Part shown: piece after piece, positions 57,931 through 64,000 of the stretch
Numbering within the stretch: the stretch's first letter is position 1
Layout: the number at the start of each line of letters is the position of its first letter
Assembly: GCA_044222185.1 (NCBI GenBank)
Contig: JBGANV010000001.1
Span: forward strand, 512,001 to 576,000
DNA length: 64,000 bases
Direction of reading: 5' to 3'
DNA from: Planctomycetota bacterium
GTDB lineage: Bacteria > Planctomycetota > GCA-002687715 > CAIWVZ01
Notes under the pieces: generated by a model
The model's database searches: none
What the model was told of the DNA's origin: nothing
Seen by the model: only the letters and a program-made list of their open reading frames with translations
Position numbers and translations under genes: made by a program

Positions 57931-59097
57931 GTGAGCGCCGCCGTCGTCATCGTGGGAGCCGGTTCAGGGACGAGGCTCGGAGGCTCCGTGAGGAAGGCGC
58001 TCGTCGCATTCGACGGTGAGACACTCGTCGAGCGGTCGGCGCGTGCCTTCGCGGATGTCGGCGGGATCAGCGATCGGGTCGTCGTACTTCACGCGGACGA
58101 CCTGGCGGCGTGTGAGGACAGCGGGCTGTCGGCACGGCTGCGCCGCCTGGGCGTACGCGCGATCGTTGCTGGCGGCGCGACGCGGCAGGATTCAGCGCTG
58201 TCGGGCGTTCGGGCGACCGATCCCACGGTGCGTGACGTGCTCGTGCACGATGCGGCGCGCGCGTTCGTCAAACGGGAGCGCATCGCGGATCTGCTCCGTG
58301 CGCTCGATTCCTGCGACGCCGCGCTCCTCGCCACGCCGATGGCCGCGACGGTCAAGCGTGTCGACTCGAAACGTCACGTCGTCGAAACGGTTCCTCGTTC
58401 GGATCTTTGGCAGGCGACGACGCCGCAGGGGGGGCGCCGGGCACTCATGATGAAGCTCCTGGAGGACGCGGCGAGTTCCGGCCGGGCGGTCACCGACGAG
58501 GCATCCCTGTTCGAGGCTGCAGGAATCGCGCCACGGGTCGTGGAGGACGACGGCACGAATCTGAAGATCACCTGGCCCGCGGACCTGGCGCTCGCGCGCG
58601 GCCTCGTTCCTCCGCCGCTTCCGCGCGTCGGGCACGGGTACGACATCCATCGGCTCGTCGAGGGACGCAAGCTCGTCCTCGGCGGCGTCGAGATTCCATC
58701 GCCGCTCGGACTCCTCGGACACAGCGATGCGGACGTTCTCCTGCATGCCGTCATCGAGGCCATGCTCGGTGCGGCGGGACTGCCCGACATCGGCGAGCAT
58801 TTCCCGGACACGGACCCACGGTTCAAAGGCATCGCGTCGACCGAGCTGCTGCGGGTGACCATCGACGAGCTTCGTGCGCGAGGGTTGCGCGTTGCGCAGG
58901 TCGACTGCTCGATCGTCGCCGAACGACCCAAGCTCATGCCGCACAAGGCGCGCATCCGCGAGTCGCTGCAGACGCTCCTCGCGTTGCCCGCGGACCGCGT
59001 CGCGGTGAAGGCGCGCACGAACGAGGGGCTCGATGCCATCGGGCGGGGAGAGGCCATGGCGACGCACTGCGTCGCCGTCGTCGTGCCCGTCGCCTGA
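57931..59097 (+). CDS. ispDF: Bifunctional IspD/IspF
   Basis: GAGSGTRLG..K, GGATRQDS, LVHDAAR, TPQG, TDE, NLKIT; GHGYDIH, GHSDADVLLHA, DIGEHFPD. Confidence 0.94.
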   Translation: MSAAVVIVGAGSGTRLGGSVRKALVAFDGETLVERSARAFADVGGISDRVVVLHADDLAACEDSGLSARLRRLGVRAIVAGGATRQDSALSGVRATDPTVRDVLVHDAARAFVKRERIADLLRALDSCDAALLATPMAATVKRVDSKRHVVETVPRSDLWQATTPQGGRRALMMKLLEDAASSGRAVTDEASLFEAAGIAPRVVEDDGTNLKITWPADLALARGLVPPPLPRVGHGYDIHRLVEGRKLVLGGVEIPSPLGLLGHSDADVLLHAVIEAMLGAAGLPDIGEHFPDTDPRFKGIASTELLRVTIDELRARGLRVAQVDCSIVAERPKLMPHKARIRESLQTLLALPADRVAVKARTNEGLDAIGRGEAMATHCVAVVVPVA

Positions 59098-59100
59098 AAG

Positions 59101-59337
59101 TCAGCCCGTTCTTGCAGACCGCGTTTTCAGTATCGACGTGACCTCGCCCGGTTGGGGAAACCGGCCGGTTGCCTTCTTGGAGTAGATCAATTCGTCTCCG
59201 AGGCGCACCTCGAAGATGCCGCCCGTGCCCTTGATCATGGTGGCCTGGACGCGGAATTCCGCTGCGAGTTCAGCCGCCAGACTGGCGGCGTAGGGGTAGT
59301 AGTTTCACTGCGTGCAGTAGGTGATCGAGATCTTCAT
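59101..59337 (-). CDS. SelW/Rdx-family selenoprotein (CxxU; in-frame UGA at codon 11), 78 aa
   Basis: Manual translation MKISITYCTQ-U-NYYPYAASLAAELAAEFRVQATMIKGTGGIFEVRLGDELIYSKKATGRFPQPGEVTSILKTRSARTG*; GAGGA RBS; absent from the ORF track. Confidence 0.92.
59273..59289 (-). promoter_or_regulatory. Putative bacterial SECIS element
   Basis: GCCGCCA-GUC-UGGCGGC 7-bp hairpin starting 15 nt after the UGA, with GU opening the apical loop. Confidence 0.78.
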
Positions 59338-59484
59338 CGGTCCTCGCTTTCGTGGGGCGACTGTACGTACGGAGCGGGTGCCCCAAAGTCAGCCTCGACC
59401 CGAGACGCACCGACGCCACGTCTCGTCTTCTGCCTCGGGCCTCCTTGACTCGCCGCCGCCGTTCTGGAAAATGAGCGCCGCTCT

Positions 59485-59559
<75 letters not shown>

Positions 59560-59560
59560 C

Positions 59561-59592
59561 GCGCAGGTCTTCGATGCTTCGGAGGCCTGCGC
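59561..59592 (+). terminator. Probable terminator hairpin after tRNA-Gly(CCC)
   Basis: GCGCAGGTCTTCGA-TGCT-TCGGAGGCCTGCGC stem with GU pairs, followed by GGTTTCGT. Confidence 0.6.
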
Positions 59593-59977
59593 GGTTTCGT
59601 CTGAGTGCCGCGCATTCGCGGCCGGGCGGTCGAGGTTGAGCTCCCGCCTGGAATTCCGGCACTCTCTCGTTCGCGGCCGCTCGCACCGCGAAGCGGCAGC
59701 ACGGACCCGTTGACCATCGGAACGCGACGTTCGGGCCGGATGGGACGCAGTGAGTGGATCTCCATCGCCGAGAGATGGGGCGCGTCCGCGCCCGCGGCAT
59801 CGTCGGTCGGGCGCGCGGCTGCCACCTCGCCGGGACTGCGAGCCGCGAACGGGGGAAGGTCATGGCGACCCGGCCGCGGTCGTTCACCGACGAGAACGGC
59901 GGTCGTGCGAACCCGCTCCACACGCCGTCGCGAATGTCCGTGGGGCGGGGAACTCGGGCGGCACCGTGGTCGCCGTG

Positions 59978-60796
59978 TCAGTGGATCCGGTCGAATGTCG
60001 TGCCGTTGAACTTGAACACGCCGTTCCCTGTGGGCCACAGGTCACCGTGGCGATCGGTGTAGATCGCCATGACGTCCTTGGTCGTCAGTCCGTCTTGGGC
60101 CGAGAAGTTCGTCAACGACTTGCCGTCGTATCGCCAGGCACCGTGGTCGATGGTGCCGAACCAGATGTCCCCGGCGCGGTCTTCTCCCATCGAGAACACG
60201 CGATGCAACGAGGGGCAACCCTCCGTCACGTCCCCAGGCCGTGGCTTCACGCGCGCACCCCGAGGGTCTGGCCTGCCAAGCCCCTTCTCCTGGGTGAATC
60301 GGTTGGCGGGGTTGCCATCGCGCAGGATCACCCCGATCCCATTGCTCCCGATCCAGACGTCGCCCTTGCTGTCCTCGAGCACGCAGCGGACGTGAAGCGA
60401 ACCGGTGTTCTCGTCGAGTCCCAGGCTCTTGTCGTCGATGACCGTGAAGGACTCTCCGTCGTAACCGATCACCGCGTCGTACGTGGCGAACCGCAGCCTC
60501 CCGTATTTCCCTCGCGCCATGCCCGTGGTCGCGTACGCCGCCACCTCACTCGAACTTCCGAACCAGTAGTTCCCCCTGCTGTCTTCGAGGATCGAGCGCA
60601 CGGTCTCGAAACGGAGTCGTGCACGTGGGTCGGGGACACCCTGGCTCAGCGTCGTTGTCGCCATCTCCGGGTTCGACGTGCACGATGCGGCGCCGACGAG
60701 GACGAGCGTGATGAACGCCGCCAGAGCTCGCGCACTTCCATGCAGCCGCGGGCCTTCACGGGCCGCACGTTGCGAAGGCGCGGTCGTACGCCGCAT
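59978..60796 (-). CDS. Short beta-propeller (Reg_prop-like) lipoprotein, possibly internally deleted; start uncertain
   Basis: Repeats VRSILEDSRGNYWFGS, VRCVLEDSKGDVWIGS, VFSMGEDRAGDIWFGT, VMAIYTDRHGDLW; lipobox-like GAASC. Confidence 0.68.
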   Translation of the reverse strand: MRRTTAPSQRAAREGPRLHGSARALAAFITLVLVGAASCTSNPEMATTTLSQGVPDPRARLRFETVRSILEDSRGNYWFGSSSEVAAYATTGMARGKYGRLRFATYDAVIGYDGESFTVIDDKSLGLDENTGSLHVRCVLEDSKGDVWIGSNGIGVILRDGNPANRFTQEKGLGRPDPRGARVKPRPGDVTEGCPSLHRVFSMGEDRAGDIWFGTIDHGAWRYDGKSLTNFSAQDGLTTKDVMAIYTDRHGDLWPTGNGVFKFNGTTFDRIH

Positions 60797-61289
60797 CCGC
60801 CGTGACGGCCCCGGCTCGCGCATTCGCGGAGCGCGGTTGCAAACCAGCGCTGGCTGCTGCGGCGCATCCCGCTCGCGACGTGCGGCTCGGCATCGCTCGG
60901 GACGGAGTGCGTCGTCTCCGGACGGCGATGTCGCGATTTCTGCCCACATCGGAGCGATGGGGGCTCCTACTGGATGCGAGCGATCGGGCACGAGTTCTCT
61001 GAGCGTCGGCGTCGAGCAACGCGCGTGGCTCGGAGTTGCCGTCACGGAGCCGCTGTCCGCGACGGAGGGGCGAATGAACCGCTCCGAGCGTTTCAATTCG
61101 CGGATTGGTCGTCGCAGGCGGACCGCACCCGCGCGGGGTGTTCGGAACACCCCGGTCCATGCTCCCGTGGCGGGCTCCATGCGGCACCGACCACCGGCGA
61201 AGCGGAAGGTGCGCGCGGCACAGAGGTGCTGGCCCGCGTGAGGATGAGCAAGAGGTCATTCGGCCGCTTCCTACGCGCCCGGCACCGAA

Positions 61290-61745
61290 TCAGCGGAACA
61301 GGTCTGCAGCGCCATCGATCTCGCGCGCATTGGTTTCGACGAACGCGAAGAGAAGTGCCGTGAGGTCGTCGGGATACGCGTAGAACTCATCATCGAGGCG
61401 TTCCAGCCGGGCTCGTTGGTCGTCGTCGAGCGAGTCGAGGAGGCATTGACGCGCGGATTGGTCGGACGGGGGAATCCCTCCGGGGAAGACGGCGTTCGCC
61501 GCGCGGACGATTCGTGCGGCTCGGGTCGCACCGATCTTCTCGAGGGCCTCGACGACGAAGAACGCCGTGTCGCCGCTGCTGTTGAAGAAGTACTGGTGGA
61601 AGCCGCCGTTGTTCACCTCGTCTTCGAGCGCCCAGATCGACGCGAAGATTTTCTCCGCGGCTCGCAGGTCGGCGAATGTGACCTTCGAGAATCGTCCGGT
61701 CACCGAGAGTCCAGCCAGGCGTTTCGCTTTGGTGTCGGGGGACAT
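61290..61745 (-). CDS. DUF4375/DMP19 family protein
   Basis: EVNNGGFHQYFFNSSG..ALEKIGA..LDDEFY pattern. Confidence 0.82.
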   Translation of the reverse strand: MSPDTKAKRLAGLSVTGRFSKVTFADLRAAEKIFASIWALEDEVNNGGFHQYFFNSSGDTAFFVVEALEKIGATRAARIVRAANAVFPGGIPPSDQSARQCLLDSLDDDQRARLERLDDEFYAYPDDLTALLFAFVETNAREIDGAADLFR

Positions 61746-61913
61746 TGACTCGGGCGAACTCGCCCCCCGGGGAGCCGTGGCGGCGTCGCGCGGCGAAGGG
61801 GCGCTCGACTCGCTGCGCGCGCGGCACAACCTGGGCGGGAGAGCTTGCGCGTTGCCATCGGGCCCCGCCGGTCGCGTGAGCTCAAACGCGACGCGGCGCC
61901 GGCACGACGTTCA

Positions 61914-62978
61914 TCACCAGGTCAGACGCTGGACGTTGGAGCCACCCGCGTACGTGTCGCCCGTCGCGAGGAGGACGGCGACCGCTTCCCAGACCTGCCC
62001 GGAGAGGAACGAGAGCGTGCCCGGGGCAACGGTGAACGGCTGATCGGGGAACACGCCCGGGATGCCCACCGGGAAGTGAAGCGGGTTGCCAGCGAAGAGC
62101 GGCTGGCTGAAGATGCTCCACGTCAGCCCATCTGGCGAGATTCCGATCATCGGGCCGGTGCCCATCGGCGTGGTCGGGGTCGTCGTGAGCAGCAGGAAGC
62201 CGCTGGTCGCCGTGGGTGAAATCGCGGTCAGCCCGATGCTGAGATCGCCGACGCCGCCGCCCGTCGTGACTGCGGCCAGGATGTTGTTCGAGGAGAGCTC
62301 GGTGTTGTACGAGAGCGCGATCTCGGAAGCCGTCCGAGCGCGCAGCCAGAGGCGGAACTCGTCGAGCGTTCCGAACGTTCCGTTCGACGTCGCGTTGCCG
62401 CAGAGGATCATGGTTCCCGTCGGAGCCGGCACCGCGGCCTGCGTCGTCGGCGCCTGTGGGACGCCGTTGAAGTAACCAGTGATCGTGTTGGGACCCGGGT
62501 CGTACACGAACGCGTAGTGAGCCGATGATCCGATGGCCGGCACACCCGGGATCGTGACGGTCGTGAAACTCGTCCCCGAGAGCACCATGTTGCCGCCAGC
62601 GCTTCCGCAGAAGATGCGGAACCCGCTGCTCGACTGCTGACCGACGTGGTACTGGAGCGACGGCGCGCCGCCCTGCTTGAACCAGAACTCGATCGTCCAC
62701 GGAACGCCCGCGAGCGACGCGAGGTTGTAGTTCGTCGTGACGAAGTTCGAGGCCGAGGCCAGGTTCGTCCCGACGATCCCCGTCGAGAACTGTCCGGCGC
62801 CGAACGTGAGCGCGCCGTTGATGGTACCGGTCGGCACGCCGTATCCCGGAACCGCGACGTTCGTCAGCGACGTGCCGCTTCCTTCATTGAAGCGGTAGTA
62901 GATCGCCTCGGGCACGACCTGGGAGAGCGCGGTGGCGGTCAGGGACGCGAGAGCGACGAAGAGCAGAGCCGTTCGCAT
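61914..62978 (-). CDS. Secreted LamG/concanavalin-like domain protein with C-terminal beta module
   Basis: Signal peptide; YYRFNEGSG, WTIEFWFK, HYAFVYD, YFNG, GTLDEFRLW..ARTASEI; GGAG RBS. Confidence 0.85.
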   Translation of the reverse strand: MRTALLFVALASLTATALSQVVPEAIYYRFNEGSGTSLTNVAVPGYGVPTGTINGALTFGAGQFSTGIVGTNLASASNFVTTNYNLASLAGVPWTIEFWFKQGGAPSLQYHVGQQSSSGFRIFCGSAGGNMVLSGTSFTTVTIPGVPAIGSSAHYAFVYDPGPNTITGYFNGVPQAPTTQAAVPAPTGTMILCGNATSNGTFGTLDEFRLWLRARTASEIALSYNTELSSNNILAAVTTGGGVGDLSIGLTAISPTATSGFLLLTTTPTTPMGTGPMIGISPDGLTWSIFSQPLFAGNPLHFPVGIPGVFPDQPFTVAPGTLSFLSGQVWEAVAVLLATGDTYAGGSNVQRLTW

Positions 62979-63094
62979 GGGGGCAAATCTCCGTGAGTTG
63001 TTCGGCGTCGAAGTCGACGGCGAATCATACACGGAGGCCTGTCGCCAACCGCATCGGCAAACGGCGCCGATGGGGGACCGACGCGCACTCAGGC

Positions 63095-63571
63095 TCAGCC
63101 GTCCAGCGTCGCTCTGAGGAACCATGCGTTCTTTTCGAAATCCCGCACGACGGCAGTCAGCTGATCGACGGTGTCCTGGTCTCGCACCTTCTCGGCGACG
63201 TCTCGTGCGCCTCGGACGCAGTCCAGGAACTGCTCGAAACGTTCGACGAGGTTGCGGACGTGGTCCAAGTCGCGCGTGGTCTGTTGTGGATATTCGGGCA
63301 GGCGGGATGTCTTCGCGACGTGTCGGGCCGTCCCGAAGGCGAGGGACCCCAGCGTGACCGCACGCTCCGCCATGTCATCCGTGAAACCGGCGAGCGCGAC
63401 GGCAAACGACTCGAAGAGCGGGTGGAGCGCTGCGAACTGTGGCCCCTTGACGTTCCAGTGCGCGACCTTGATCTGTGAGTAGAGGTCGAGCCCATCGGCG
63501 AGAAGCGCGTTCAGGGCGTTCGACAGCTCGATGCGTGCTGGCTCGGAAAGGCGGCTCGGAGATTGGCGCAT
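63095..63571 (-). CDS. dps: DNA starvation/stationary phase protection protein Dps
   Basis: KVAHWNVKGPQFAALHPLFE..DDMAERAVTLG, EKNAWFL; AAGGA RBS. Confidence 0.94.
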   Translation of the reverse strand: MRQSPSRLSEPARIELSNALNALLADGLDLYSQIKVAHWNVKGPQFAALHPLFESFAVALAGFTDDMAERAVTLGSLAFGTARHVAKTSRLPEYPQQTTRDLDHVRNLVERFEQFLDCVRGARDVAEKVRDQDTVDQLTAVVRDFEKNAWFLRATLDG

Positions 63572-63757
63572 GATCTGGATCCTTTCGTAGGGGCGCGCGC
63601 GCCGTCGGCGTGCGGCCGTCGCGCAAATGCCGCGAGTGAGCGCATTCTGCCCGGGGCACGTCGTGCAGGCCAATCGCCGTTCCGAATGGACGCGATTACC
63701 GGGCCTGGGAGTCTCAGGCAGGCGATCCTCGGTAACTCTGACCGGCTTCGCGCGGCG

Positions 63758-64000
63758 TCAGCGCGCGTCCCCGCTGCCGGGCATCGCGGGCAGCTCGAGA
63801 TCGAAGAGCCGGCGTTCGACGGGCGTCAGCGCTCGGGGAACGACCGTTTGCGCCAGCGGCAGGGGATCGATCGGCCAGCTGCGGATCACGCCGTCTTTCG
63901 TCACGGTGTGCACGTGCGTGTCCGTGTCGTCGAGCGCTGCGCCGACGACGGCGTCGTCGCCCCGGCGGAAGGTCACCATCGCGCGGCGTTGCGCGAGGTC
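63758..64000 (-). CDS. C-terminal fragment of a WD40-repeat protein (5' part outside window)
   Basis: Last blade TVTKDGVIRSW followed by a PRALTPVERRLF tail typical of WD40-containing kinases/NTPases. Confidence 0.6.
   Translation of the reverse strand, partial: DLAQRRAMVTFRRGDDAVVGAALDDTDTHVHTVTKDGVIRSWPIDPLPLAQTVVPRALTPVERRLFDLELPAMPGSGDAR

Noticed and set aside
59152-59448. 98-aa plus-strand ORF in the ispDF-tRNA gap
   Set aside because: It is antisense to the Rdx selenoprotein gene, which explains the sequence much better.
59911-59920. ACCCGCTCCA resembling a tRNA-Gly 3' end as a possible att duplication
   Set aside because: Only 8 nt match the genomic tRNA end, which is expected by chance in GC-rich DNA.
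61142-61264. Imperfect inverted repeat after the DUF4375 gene considered as an integron attC site
   Set aside because: Inner arms (TGCTC/GAGCA, GCGGGC/GCCCGC) pair, but the RYYYAAC/GTTRRRY ends and R-L spacing do not fit, and no integrase is present.

Overview
High-GC bacterial chromosomal window, probably from a member of Planctomycetota. This is an inference from the PurS-PurS-PurL fusion, SecDF fusion, Hanks-type kinases, HEAT/PDZ and lipoprotein-rich secretome; no marker rRNA is present. Most of it is housekeeping backbone: recJ, selB, purL/purQ, accA, htrA, rlmN, tig-clpP-clpX, pepP, secDF, trmD-rplS, riboflavin synthase, dtd, ruvC, ispDF, dps and two tRNA-Gly genes. The left end carries a SET-domain methyltransferase tightly linked to a membrane-bound Pls-type (poly-amino-acid) NRPS, followed by a five-gene signalling cluster. 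Main observations: (1) a SelW/Rdx-family selenoprotein absent from the ORF track (59101-59337, minus strand; CTQ-UGA motif plus a bacterial SECIS-like hairpin), with selB in the same window; (2) the SET + Pls-like NRPS pair, a candidate system for a methylated homo-poly(amino acid); (3) a trigger factor with a His-rich insertion in its PPIase domain; (4) an approximately 110-aa module apparently shared by three secreted proteins; (5) a tandem two-kinase membrane protein divergent from a low-molecular-weight phosphatase. All calls come from manual motif reading. No database searches were run, and several start codons were re-chosen relative to the ORF track.
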